Shown here piece by piece: positions 26,406 to 38,541 of a stretch of 64,000 bases of DNA (the stretch's first letter is position 1; the number at the start of each line of letters is the position of its first letter). This DNA is from Priapulus caudatus (Eukaryota). Location: positions 152,427 through 216,426 of the forward strand of contig NW_014577078.1 of the NCBI RefSeq assembly GCF_000485595.1, read 5' to 3'. A program made the position numbers and the translations under genes. The notes under the pieces are model-generated. The model ran no database searches, was not told where the DNA came from, and saw only the letters and a list, made by a program, of their open reading frames with translations.

Positions 26406-26662
26406 CTATATATCTTTCTCAACCCTGCTAGTTCCAGTACTAATGGACACGGCTTCGTGTTCTTAATTGTTTACGTTAACAGTAACCTTGGTCTGTGCAA
26501 CGATACCCTGTTACTATAGTATAGACTTGTGACGAGACACAATTTGACCAGTGATGTCATTGATCAGCGCTGCAAGTGGGGACGGAAAACGATAGGCAAA
26601 AAGCCGAAGCAATCTTAAGCGCAAAAGACGTGTTCAACTCAATTTCTACACGCCCGTATCGC

Positions 26663-27932
26663 TAGAGGTGTATCGATTCGCTAGGGTTACAATACTATAT
26701 ACGTATCTCGATATATATGTAGGTCATGATACAATATGTATCGTGATACACAGACAGAAACAGAGATATTGTAAATTACATGGTATGATAAATTTGTCAT
26801 ATCATGTACGAATACAAGGGCAGACTCTGGTGTATTTCATGACTGATTGGTTAATATTGTAATTTGAAGTTCAAATGAATTGTCAAATTCTATGTTATTT
26901 TAGTTTTATAATACATATTCCAATCTTTCATGGCATAAACGTATTATGAGTATGTCAAACCCATAGAAATATGTAGTAACCAATCGGTGAGCTCCCAGAT
27001 ATCTACGTACTGTTTGTGCTCTAGACTGACTTGTATTCACCAGCTCGACTCGCACGAGCACCATACACAGTGCGTGCGCAGTAACGACACGCACCAGTCA
27101 ATCAGCACTTTCAATTGTAAGGACAGTGATTTTCCGCGATCGCGGGAAACGGACGGAAAACACGGAAACGGCCATTGGAAGCGGAAAAGATATTTTCAAA
27201 CGGAAAAACTCGGAAAACGTAATTTGAACATATTACAACATAGAAATTTCAATAAAATCACAAAAAAACTGTCGACAATAGCATTGGTAATGATATGGTT
27301 TACATTCAGACAAGTTTCAGAGTGAAATGACTTACAATTACGACTTTTGGTAGCCCTGTGTTTCGGTGCCAACCCAACTGTCAGTCAGTGGCCTGAACAT
27401 GCATCTAGGCATTTTTAGCTTTCTGTGGTTATTTTTATCATGAACACAACACATAAAAAAGCTATTTTCAGTAAGTTCATTTTCATTTTTCAGTACTGAT
27501 AATTTTATTATGAACACATTACCCTACAGGTTCTTTCAAAGGTTGTACCAAATACCTTTTTTTTCATGCAAATATATGTAAATGGAAATTTGCATTTTTG
27601 GTGTGTACAATCTCTATGGCAAAACGGAATTTCCATTTTTTCTTTACTTTGAAACGGAATTCATGATTTTCCCAAATGGAAAAGGCAATTATTTGAAACG
27701 GAAAATCACTGTCCCTACAATTGTTTTGCAGTAACGCTTTTGGTGGCAATACAAGCGTACCACATATATTGACCCAGTTTTCTACGACAGGGAAGGATAT
27801 TTATCTGATGCTGAGTGGGAGTTCATTCAATAAATTAATTCATTAGCAAGAATTGAATATAAAAGGAATTATTTGTGAGGTTCTGTACCGAGGTTCACCG
27901 ATGTATCAGTGAATCGTTAGCCTACACCCGTA
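26663..27932. mobile_element. hAT-type MITE containing a nested MITE
   Basis: TAGAGGTGTATCGATTC at left; degenerate GAATCG...TACACCCGTA at right; CGATA-type subterminal repeats. Confidence 0.5.
27118..27717. mobile_element. MITE with 19-bp TIRs flanked by CAATTG duplication
   Basis: CAATTG|TAAGGACAGTGATTTTCCG...CGGAAAATCACTGTCCCTA|CAATTG; many ACGGAA subterminal repeats. Confidence 0.75.
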
Positions 27933-28741
27933 CATAATGCATGAGTGAGCTAAGAGTACAATGCAATATCTCAGCCTAGGAGTGCCGTAGAGATAATCGG
28001 TCTTGTTTTGGAGAGTAAGGCATGAGCTGCGTAATGCAATACTATCAACTTATTATAGACTTGCATTTAAAATAAAATAATTTTGCTATAAAATAACACT
28101 ATTTTCCCATTTTACCAATTATGCACTATGTACTCTTGGTACATATCATGCTTACTAATACTTTCTTCATTGTTATTTATTCTTATGATCGTAAAACACC
28201 TCTGAACTGCAGTTTTTAGCATATATGACTGATGAGCCATTGTTTAATTACGATGTTCTGCCGTTTTTGTGCATCAACGGCCATTGGTTGGCTCTAGTAT
28301 CGAGCTTGCCCCCAGTATTTTGGTCAAGTGTCTCATCTTATTGTATGTACAGGATTTAGCAAGTACTCATAGTAACCTTACTGTTACTTGATTTTAAACA
28401 AAATGAGTGATTACCAGGGGTAGAAATAAGGAGAAAAAAAGAGATGGTCCACATGACCATCTAGTTTGAAATTTAGATGGTACTCCTAAATTTTAGATGG
28501 TCCTCCTAAATTTCAAATTGTTCTCTAAAAGTAATGCGGCATGCAAGCGTAAGAAAGAGATTTTACATGGTTATAAAATGGTTTAATTATTCACCTACAA
28601 TGAATATATCAAACGATACAGTAATTGTTTATTCACTTTAATAGTATATTGGTTAATAAAGTTGTTTCAGTAGAATTTAGTTGAACCCAACTAAACGGAA
28701 TACAGTATGTCTCAAATATTTCTTAGGAGCACATTCATTCA

Positions 28742-29649
28742 TTTTTAGCTCACCTTCACATCGTCAAGCTGAGCTATTGCCATGGGTCGTCGTCCGTCGT
28801 ACGTCCGTCCTTCCGTCAACATTTGGCTACGGTCATCGATAAGTTAACTCAGGAACCGTTCGACCCACATGTTTGAAATTGGGTATAGTTGTTACTGCTA
28901 TGCTCCCATATTGAACGTCCTATTTTGGAGCACGCCAGTCGACGTACTTTCGAGCCACGGCAATGTTTTGGCAAAAATGGGAATTGCCAAGATTTCATTG
29001 ACAATATCTTTAATGCAAAATTGGTATTTCCTCTCCACCCTGTCGATAAAACTTCTATATTAGAGTAAAGTTTTACAAAACATGTCGGAACGCAGCATAA
29101 CCTATTTATTTCGAACGTCATCGCTAAGAAACATCAAAGCGGGTATAGCGCCATCTACCATCACAAATTGTGATTCATTTTGGTTTATAAATTATTATTG
29201 CGATATACAGATGGCAACCGTGTGCTACTGCCTAGAAAAATTCATACGAAGTAAACACTTCCATGCAACCAATTAACCTTTGACAAAAGTTGTGTTATGG
29301 GCAGGGAAACACCATTGTCACGTGGTATATAGCAGCTACGTGGAATAAGCGTATCCTCTCAATCTTACACGTTACACATCGGGAGCTCCGCTTTTAGGCA
29401 GTGCCTAAATCTGAATATTATAAAAACGTTAAATGGCGATCATTTAGGTGTAACGCCATCACTCGCCCACATCTCAGACTTTCACATCTCAAACATTTAT
29501 TTTCACATAAAAAATTACACATAAAAATAAAAAGAATATAATGGGAGTTCTCCCATATATTCTCTTCATTTCTGTAATGTACGTCGATGGTCGCTCAATT
29601 AAAACACTTCTTCTCACTCACTCATTTGTGTCCTTTTTTGTGGTGAGTT
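28742..29649 (+). mobile_element. HINE family 2, copy B
   Basis: TTTTTAGCTCACCTTCAC...(CGTC)n...TTTTTGTGGTGAG; homologous to 13724-14420 (inverted) and 47654-47820. Confidence 0.75.
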
Positions 29650-30385
29650 TATTTTATTTTTTATTATTTTTGGCTAATTTTGTTTTATTTTAGAATTAGG
29701 GATAGGGTTAGGATTAGGGTTAGGGTTAACTGATTTCTATATCCACACCTTATTTCTATATTCACTATCTCTCCCCTGAGACCTACTACTCACAAATTAG
29801 CCGGAGCACTGCCCCGAGTGGTACTGTCCACTAGCATTAACTCTGGTGGCTGCTAGGATAATGTTGTAGGTAGGGGTAAATCAATCGCCGAGGACAATAT
29901 ATTGATCCGGTAAAACACCCAGAATGCAATTAAAACAAAAGCTGTATCAACAAATTTCACTACTGAACGTCCTTGTAATTTCATTACCATTTGGCCTGGC
30001 CCATTGATTGCAAAAATGTTATAGACTCTACTACTAGAGACTATGGTTATTGAATACTCAAATATATATAGTATAATACTATATATATTATTATATATTT
30101 ACTTTCCAAGTATCCATTGTCTAATTTTATATTGCTTACATTTGATGCTTTGTCTAACCATATCATTGGCATGGAGGTTGCTGCTTAATATTCAGAAAAA
30201 AAACTTCAATTTTATTAGATTACGTTTTATGTTTAAAGATACATTGCTGCATATATATGCAAATTAAAACTGAGATTTTAAGAATTACGTAATGGAGTCA
30301 GTTCTCCGTCTTTGTTGTTATTATCAATTTGGTGGCATACACTTACACATGTATGGTTGTGTTGTTTTATTGTATTTCAGAGCTC

Positions 30386-30994
30386 ATGTCATCTTCAATG
30401 TTGAAGCCCAAGTCGCACCGTAGCCGATCTTCAAACACAAAACCAATGAAGTATGTTCCCTGGGAACCATGCAAGGGTGCTGTTGGCAGGCTACCCGTTA
30501 ATGGACTATGCAAAGTGAACAGAAGCTCTTCAAGAACCAAACATTCAGATAGTAGAGTAGATGATATGAAACAGAAGTTGTTTGAGATGAAGGACATCAG
30601 CCCCTACAGCTGCATTCACATTGACAGACGTTTGCTGGAGGGTGGCAGCGTAGATGGTGTGCTACCCACAGATAATTACACAATGGAATCTCGATCAACG
30701 GATGTGACCGATAGTGTGCAGCAGTGCTGGCCTGTATCACAGCAAAATGGGCCCTTGAAAGACGTGTTGCCAATTAGTGGGTCTGACAGAAGTTATGAAA
30801 AAATAATGTCATCTACCAGTATTCATACGGTCATGCCAGGTAGCACGGCTGTTGATATCTACTCTTCACATGGATTCACTCTTGGAGGAGAAGAGCTCGA
30901 GCTTAAACACAGACATCATCTGTCAGATATGGAAAAGAAGGTGTTGTTTGACGAAAAAGACGCTCTAGCCACACAGCTGCATATTCAGATCCAG
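30386..30994 (+). CDS. BLZF1: BLZF1 coding exon (first identified; exon starts at 30381 after the acceptor)
   Basis: Acceptor tgtatttcag ends at 30380; in-frame ATG at 30386; KYVPWEPCKGAV motif; ends QLHIQIQ, then GTACTT donor. The true start may lie in an upstream exon. Confidence 0.82.
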
Positions 30995-31772
30995 GTACTT
31001 CAAATTCAATACCGTTCTGTTAATTTCTTATTACATTTACTGCTCAGGTACTTCCTGTATACTAGAGTCCCTGCATTAGAGACCCCAAGCGATAAGGCAG
31101 AGAAAACCTTCAGAAATCTAGTATGAGATGAATTAGAAGTCATTGGTATTTTGTGACACAGTCTATGACTCAAAGTGAAAACCCAGAGGACCCTATTTCA
31201 GTTTTAAAGAACATAGATTGGTAACATCACGATTGGCCTACTCCCATTTCGTCTACTCCTATTTCGCCTACTCCCATTTCGTCAAATCTCAGAATGGTTA
31301 ATAGTGCCATTTTGTCTATGTTCATCTACCTAGTCAGTTTTTGGTCTACTCTTTCCCTTTTAAAGTAAAAGAGTATATTTGGGTCTACTTTGCCAGATTT
31401 ACACAGAATAACACAGCTAGCTCAAGCATTGATTGCAGCAACACTTTATTTTGCATATTTCACATTATATACAGCATTTGGGCAATTCCAAGAAAAACGT
31501 TCACTGAAAGTAAAAACATTAATTGCCTAGTTTCATGTAGATTGCTTTTTAATGAAGTATAAATTTCATATTTTAATTCATACTGACTTTCATCATAACA
31601 CCAAAGCTGCAGCTCACTGAAAACACTTGTGGTATGTTTATACAGTCTATGCAGTTTTGCACATAACTCGTAATTGTAGATGCTAGGTGTGAATTACATC
31701 TCTACAATACATTAAATGTTCATTGCGGGTAATCATTTCAATATTTGCTCACTCGATTATTTTTTTATTCAG

Positions 31773-31972
31773 GTGAATGCAGAGCTGAAGAAGTTACTAG
31801 TGGCATCTCTTGGTGAAGATCTGAATGAACGGGTTGACTGTTTGATCCAGTCAAACGCTAGACTTGCTACTGAGGTATCATCTCATTCCCACAGGATAAG
31901 GGGCTTGTATGAGCAGCTAGAGAAACTGTCTATACAGGGTGATGTGTGGCGAAGCAAGTTTCAAGCTAGCAG
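31773..31972 (+). CDS. BLZF1: BLZF1 coding exon (coiled-coil core)
   Basis: Acceptor ttttattcag; VNAELKKLLVASLGEDL...DVWRSKFQAS; GTAAAC donor. Confidence 0.95.
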
Positions 31973-32349
31973 GTAAACAAAACTAGTTATGCTCTGTCTT
32001 CAGTGCATTTTTCTGAGATTACACTGCTTACAACTTATTTTCAAGGACGATGTGCTCTCCAAAATCATTTAGCTTAGGAAAATGAGATTTTTTTCACACA
32101 CACACACACACACACATAAACGCCTGTCTTATCCTGTGTGATTTTACGTGATTTGATGTATGCAATTTTTTGCCGGTGTCTTGTTCTTCACCTGAATAAT
32201 GGGGATTATTGACTGACAGTGAAGGAAGTCTATCAGTCTACTTGTTCCGAGTTTAACTGACTAAAGATGTACGCCCTGGAATGGCGGCCTTCTCGTAAAC
32301 GAGGCTGCCCCAGCTGCAAAATTATTTGGACCAATTGGATAGATATATA

Positions 32350-32873
32350 CAGTTGAACTTCGTTACTACATACTCTGTTTATAACGTTTACACTGCTACA
32401 ACGCACACATCTCCAAAAGTCCCGAATTTGTGTAATGCATTATTCCATTTGCCAGTATTGTTTACAACGTACACCTATAACATAAATTTCAATACAACGT
32501 TCAAATTTTCACTGGAAAAATGCATACTGGCCTTCTTTACAACGTACAGCGGGAAACCTTGCAGCACGCAGCACTTTTTCAGGACTTCGCAGACGAAGAT
32601 TACTGCATTTTACAAGTTGTAAGTAAACGAACTGATCCAGTGGCATCAGCAACATTTAAACTCATCCATGACATCAGTGAAATTAACGCGGGCGCTTTCA
32701 TTTCTTTGAGTGCAAATAATGGGAACAAAAGATGGGTGTTACATTATCATTAAACTTTCATGTTTTAATTCTTGCGTTAGCATTCATTTTATGGGAATTG
32801 GTTACAACGAACTATCGTTATAACGTACTAATTCTTAAGGTCCCTGGAGGTACGTTGTAACGAAGTTTGACTG
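32350..32873. mobile_element. Tc1/mariner (pogo/Tigger-like) MITE
   Basis: TA|CAGTTGAACTTCGTTAC...GTAACGAAGTTTGACTG|TA. Confidence 0.75.
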
Positions 32874-32966
32874 TATACGTATTTCATCTCAATCGTCACA
32901 GTTCTTGGTAACGTGAACGACAGGCAACTGACCCAAACTCCAGAATGCCAGGCCAATCTGACTTAA

Positions 32967-34076
32967 GGATACTCTCAAGGTTTTACGCAAGATTTTACCG
33001 ATTTTCATTTTCGACTTTATTCGATGGCTAACACTATGTGCCACCTGTGTACATGCTCATTTCTCCATATAATGGTACATGTGAATTTTTAGAGCGTTTT
33101 GATTGCTCGCGTACACGTGTAGTGAGCAGCAGCTGACGTCACTGATGACGTCAGAGACATGATACAACCAGAATTTTAATGATATTTACTAAGCCAGTAT
33201 CATTCAGCATCAACCCTCCTACAGCTGTCATCTGCCAGTGATAGTTGAAATTGCCGCGCGACCGAAAATAGCCCCGTCTCCCTTGTTACACACCTTGCAT
33301 TTAGGCGCGTGTTTGTTAACACAGCTTAGTAACGGCATGCAGTACACATCGTACGCGCGTTTTGCATGAAAGTGCGGTGGTAACCTCGTAATTTCTACAA
33401 TTTCTCAAGGTGCATGGAACATATTACCAATTTAGTGGTGTCAGTTAGTCATGGATATGTCGCAGTAAGTACTAACATTAGATATTTCACATACGTTCAC
33501 CCATTTTGCACACAGGCGATCGATCATTGTGAAAAATAGAAAACCGCTGATTTCTCCGTTTCGATTTCTGACATAGTAGCCGATGTATAAATGGATATTT
33601 CTCTGTGATTACAACTCGGATTAATTTAATTTTACACTCGTTTTAATGGTACATATTGCTGTAAAAAAGTGCGTCAGGGATTGTTATTAAGTGCCGTATT
33701 TTATTAGTTATGCCTCTATTCGCTAAAATTTTCAATTCTAACACAACTTGATTTTTAAGCAGTTTTTTCCATTTTTCTCGGTAAATATGAAACTTAAAGA
33801 AAAATCCTGACGCACTATTTTGGTCCATATTGTGCTTAACATTTTGTATCTTCAATCTTTCTGGTAGTTGAGAAATATCCAAAATACCATTTTTACATAA
33901 AAATTCAAAATTTGTGTGGTAACATAATTAGGTGCCGGAAATTTCATGAAATTTGTTGGCTTGAGGATAGAGATATATCTCCTCTATAAATAAAACAAGT
34001 GATTGATTCGATTCATTCGCCAATAAACGTTTAATCTTTATTAGAGCAATACACGTGCAAAAGGTGGAGAGTATCC
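32967..34076. mobile_element. Kolobok-type non-autonomous element
   Basis: TTAA|GGATACTCTC...GAGAGTATCC|TTAA. Confidence 0.8.
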
Positions 34077-34357
34077 TTAAAGATTGGCTTCTTTAATTAA
34101 AAAGTTTAACCTGCTTGACATGCACATAAACACACAATATTTCAAACAAACATTTCAATGACTAACATATAAAATCTCGTAATGACATATTAATAATCCA
34201 TAACAAATATATCATATAATATTATAACATATGCCACAAAATATAAAGAAATACAATAGAGTAGTTACACAGGTCTGTGTTAACAGCCTTCTAATTCTAT
34301 TGAACTCGGTCCTGTTCATAACTGTCCTATGAATAATGTAGGACACTTGTTTTTTAG

Positions 34358-34486
34358 GCTCATGCTGAATGACATCTCTTATTTGAAAGGTGTTCTATGT
34401 CAGAAATACCAGCATTCACAAGATGTGCTCAGGGAGCTACTTACTGAACATCAGGAAATGAGACTTCACCTCATTCAGACATACAA
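34358..34486 (+). CDS. BLZF1: BLZF1 coding exon
   Basis: Acceptor gttttttag; LMLNDISYLKGVLCQKYQHSQDVLRELLTEHQEMRLHLIQTY; GTAGG donor; phase 2/2. Confidence 0.88.
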
Positions 34487-35034
34487 GTAGGATTCACAGG
34501 CTACTGATTTAGTGTCGTTAATTTATTCGAACTTTATTTTGATCCTATTAAGTAGAGCTTAACTATGTTGTGTTACTTGGATTCATGCACTTAGCACATT
34601 CACTGTGAAACTCTAGTCATCTCATGAGAACAAGCAAAGTGCACCAATGCTAAACTAGTGAATTGGCTCATGGCAACATTTTGTATCCTATTTACCCTAC
34701 TCTCTCTGTGTATCTGCAGGTGGCAGGTACAACGTGCCTAAAAATTAGACAATAACAGTCTATATGATTTGAACTTAAGTTTGTATTGGTAGTCATAATT
34801 TCTGACCCCAATGTGGTTTAAGAGCATTCGTTATAAACATGGCATCATTTAAACCATAGTAAGCCATGTTTTCGTATCAAAATGTAATTATGTCCGAAAA
34901 CGATTTGCTTTATTTGAACCTGTAAGGTAAGATAACAGTCATGAAAATAAATTCATTAATTTGGTTTGCTTTCCAACAACAAAAATGTACATAGTAAATC
35001 AATATCTGACTAAGTGGAAGCTCATAAAAGTCTA

Positions 35035-35808
35035 AAGGCCACATTGAGCATACAGTCGACCTCGCCTAAGTCGACCTCGCAGTGTGCAAACAGCACGAAA
35101 TGTTCTCATTGAGCCAGAGACGTGCTACAAACATAGGGATTCTCAAAATTACGTCGATGTTATGTCACATACCTAGCAGTAACCCTACGCTAGCGCAAAT
35201 AGTTCCTGGCACGAAAACACTATATTTGTTTCCTGGTTACATAAGTAATATCAAGAGTAGATAATAACACAAGAGTGAGACACCCGATTCCCGCATTCGT
35301 AACCGATTTTTCTCATCAAAGTTTGCCACCAATAAAGAAGCAAGTGTATACGTTCCTCAGCTTATTATGACTACTAATTACTCACCTTCGTGGTACTGAT
35401 ATTTGTTTACATATATTTGCTAGCGTGTTGCTGTAACTCGTAATCTTGCATGAGCTGAATTCACACAATTTACCGCTATTGTGTGAGGTGTTAAGACAAA
35501 ATTTGTAGCTATAGTGGCGCCAATATTTAGCAACGGACTGTTTCCAAATCATTCGTGCCCCGATGGTTTAAACAAATTTCACAATTTTGTACTGAATAAA
35601 CATATAATAATGAATAATAACTTGTGTTATCATAGAAAAGAACTGTTAACGATCGCTCCACTGTGTCCCGGATGTGTAAACATCACTGTGGTGCTACTTT
35701 CGTAAGAGAAGTAATTTCGTTTAGATTTTGAGAAGAAATGTTATGAAAGTAGCAATACAAATGAGTTCTAATGAGTTTTGGCAACATAGACGAGCTCACA
35801 GTAGGTCT
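35035..35808 (+). mobile_element. MITE copy A (ends GCTCACAGTAGGTCTA)
   Basis: Long blocks are reverse-complement homologous to 38542-39002. Confidence 0.65.
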
Positions 35809-35967
35809 ATATATATATGCATTTAGCTGCGAGGTTGAGCAACTTTAAAGGGTTTGTGACAAAAACCAAGCAGTACACTCCATAGCATTGCATAATATTG
35901 TGACCCCATCTCAAAATCTGGCCAAAGCATATAGTGTACTTTTAATAAGATACCCAAACTTTTACAG

Positions 35968-36193
35968 GTACCTGAAAGAGGTGGAAGAAGCATTTAATCC
36001 GTCAATAACATCTTATGGGCAACAAGAACCGTTGGTGCCCATTAACACAATGCAGTTAATTACTGCCAATCAAAAACTTTCCGACAGCATCAAGTTCAAG
36101 TTGTTAGGCAATGCTCAGTTGAGTTGTAGATTGCCTGCCAATGGAACGGATTGTGAGGCTGCAGCAACTCCTGGAGAGAATCGAGCAATGCAG
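35968..36193 (+). CDS. BLZF1: BLZF1 coding exon
   Basis: Acceptor cttttacag; YLKEVEEAF...ANQKLSDSIKFKLLG...TPGENRAMQ; GTAAAG donor. Confidence 0.88.
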
Positions 36194-36351
36194 GTAAAGT
36201 GCAGGGTTAAACATGAATCACCATGGTCCATACACATATTTCTTTATGCATAAGATCTTGAAATTGTGATAGTATGTCTGGATAATATGGTGATATGTTT
36301 AAGATTTTTTCCGGTATTCATATTAAAAAATTGTGAGATCTCACTAAATAT

Positions 36352-36744
36352 TAGGGCTGTAATGATAACACAAGCCTCTCGATTCTATCCGGTTCTCGAT
36401 ATTAGCCTCTCGATTCGATTCCTTCGATTAGATTCCCAAAATATTGAAATGGTATCTTATTTTTTATATTTTCATTATTTTGCAATAATAAATTATTCGA
36501 AATTGCCAATGAATACTAAATGGTGAATAGACTAGAGTCTAGAGAGTACATATACACTGCACAGCTGCTGAGTAACATTGGTGAGTAACACCACACTCCA
36601 CAGTATATAGCGTAGTGCCGCCATCTATTGGAGGGAAAAAGTGGTATCGAAGTGGAATCGAAAATACGTGGAAAAATATCGAGGATCGGATCGAGGGAAG
36701 AGAATCGCGATCCGATTCGATTTCGGTGGATCGTTACAGCCCTA
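36352..36744. mobile_element. hAT-type MITE with perfect 8-bp TSD in the last BLZF1 intron
   Basis: CTAAATAT|TAGGGCTGTAATGAT...ATCGTTACAGCCCTA|CTAAATAT. Confidence 0.88.
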
Positions 36745-36885
36745 CTAAATATGTGTCTACTTTAATGCTTTAGTGTTTTTAGATTATATGTGCATTGCAA
36801 ATTTGTTTACTTTTGTAATTCTCTACATTGTCAGGGCAGTGAAGTGTGAACCAGTGATTTTCTAAATGCAACTCTTCGCTTATAG

Positions 36886-37032
36886 GTTCTGGCCAATCAG
36901 ATGCAGCTAAGTCCCTACCATGTAGGCTCGCTGGCCGGTAGTCTTGGAGGCTACCACCCTGGCAACCCTTGCCACGAGGTGACTGCATTTGATCGTTGTG
37001 CTCACTGCAGGGGAGAGATCTACATTGTGTAA
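36886..37032 (+). CDS. BLZF1: BLZF1 terminal coding exon
   Basis: Acceptor cgcttatag; VLANQMQ...YHPGNPCHEVTAFDRCAHCRGEIYIV-TAA. Confidence 0.9.
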   Translation, partial: VLANQMQLSPYHVGSLAGSLGGYHPGNPCHEVTAFDRCAHCRGEIYIV

Positions 37033-37558
37033 CGTCCGAGCTTGACGGGAGTATGCTGAAATGCATAAAACAACTAGACAGAGGGCACTCACGGAGAGTG
37101 CATACCTCCCCGCGAGCATGTAACATGTATGTGCTCGCTGGTGGCGGCTGCTGACTGACTCGGCACTCGCTGACTCGACGTGCTATCGATCGCGCCATGG
37201 CTACACACACACACGAGACCGATTACATGACCTCCGTTGCATCTCCGTTGCGCGGAGGTAATAAAGCACACGTGATATATCGTGTGGGTGTGTGGCCCAC
37301 AAACTGTGGTTATACTTCTAAGGCTTGTATTAAACTAATGTTAAATTATCGGTTAGGAGGGCATCAGCCATTAGAATTGCATATAGGATTGTGTAATTGT
37401 AGTGTTGTAGGCTCTTGCCTCTAAACACTCAACTAAACAAGTCTCTTTCTGTTCATCACACCGGGTCTAAGACCCAGATGTTTATTATTACCGTAAAGTG
37501 TTATATACACCATACTGTCGCCAATCGTGTGTACATACAAGATTGCAGTAACATAACA
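37028..37558. mobile_element. Putative solo LTR overlapping the BLZF1 stop codon
   Basis: TGTAACG...CATAACA termini, 5-bp direct repeat CATTG at 37023-37027 and 37559-37563, CpG-rich interior, AATAAA at ~37260. Confidence 0.65.
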
Positions 37559-37752
37559 CATTGACTACACTACATTCCTCCTCTGCTTGCATTAAAAATA
37601 TTATTTGTCTGCGTCAACTTTAGACTAATTTCTGTATCTCTATATTAGACACATCGGCTAAGCTAGACCTCAAATGAAAACGTTTACACGTCAACAAAAC
37701 TTGTTCATCAGTTAAAGTTGATAAACCTTGCAGCTAAATGCATATATTATAT

Positions 37753-38535
37753 CAAGAGCTAATAATACCTAGAGTGTACAACGGAAAAACGGGAAAATAG
37801 TGCTATTTCACGACAACATTATTCTACTTTGCCTGCGAGTCTATAATAATTTCATGGTATTGCATTAAGCAGAATTCTTTGCTCTCTAAAACAAGACCAA
37901 CCGTTGTCATACGATATCTAGGGCGAGAGTATCGGCTCCTAAACCTCTTCGCTCCACACATGACCAAACGCGCTCGATCCACGTTCTGCATCCCATCCTG
38001 CACGCGGCTTAGGCTGCTATCGTGGATGAGTGGCGGTTTTTCCGCCATAATTTTATGAATGATTTCGGGTTGCAGGGGCAGGGTGGAGGTGACTTTCGGG
38101 GCATCGCTATGCCCTTATCTCCCATTATCTTTCCTAGCACGGCTAATGCCCGTCATGATTGGATGCCGGGCAATGTTTTTTTAATTAAGTCTCTACAACG
38201 CAGCTAGTAAGAGTACCAAATTTGGGCATGTGACATCAATTATCAGCGCTCCAAGCGGTGACGGAAACCGATAGCCGGAATGCTTAGACGCGTGAAGGAT
38301 GGGGCAGAAGTGATGATTCGAGGCGGCGTTTGCTAGTGGGAGGGGAGGTTTAGGAGCCGATATCGTCGGCCTAGGAGTATCGTATTGACAAGCGGTTTGG
38401 TCTGTTTTAGAGAGCAAAGAAGTCTGCTTAATGCAATACATGAAGATTATTATAGACTCGCAGGCAAAGTAGAATAATGTTGTCGTGAAATAGCACTATT
38501 TTTCCGTTGTACACTCTAGGTATTATTAGCTCTTG
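37753..38535. mobile_element. Foldback element with long (~170-300 bp) TIRs and 7-bp TSD (P-superfamily-like)
   Basis: ATTATAT|CAAGAGCTAATAATACCTAGAGTGTACAACGG...CCGTTGTACACTCTAGGTATTATTAGCTCTTG|ATTATAT. Confidence 0.85.
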
Positions 38536-38541
38536 ATTATA

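Larger units (their letters stand above)
30386..37032 (+). other. BLZF1: Golgin-45/BLZF1 gene, CDS span: join(30386..30994,31773..31972,34358..34486,35968..36193,36886..37032), 1311 nt, ~436 aa; an upstream exon is likely but not located
   Basis: Contains VNAELKKLLVASLGEDL...LEKLSIQGDVWRSKFQASR and the C-terminus FDRCAHCRGEIYIV*, matching the Golgin-45 coiled coil and CxHCRGExxxx end. Introns are GT-AG with consistent phases (0,2,2,0). Confidence 0.92.

Noticed and set aside
30386..37032. Direct GIPC PDZ-Golgin-45 tail interaction as the reason for the gene linkage
   Set aside because: The Golgin-45 tail is known as a GRASP55 ligand, and YIV is not a typical GIPC S/T-X-V/A motif; adjacency alone is not evidence.
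36779..37210. 143-aa minus-strand ORF
   Set aside because: Antisense to the BLZF1 last exon and the LTR; no recognisable motif.
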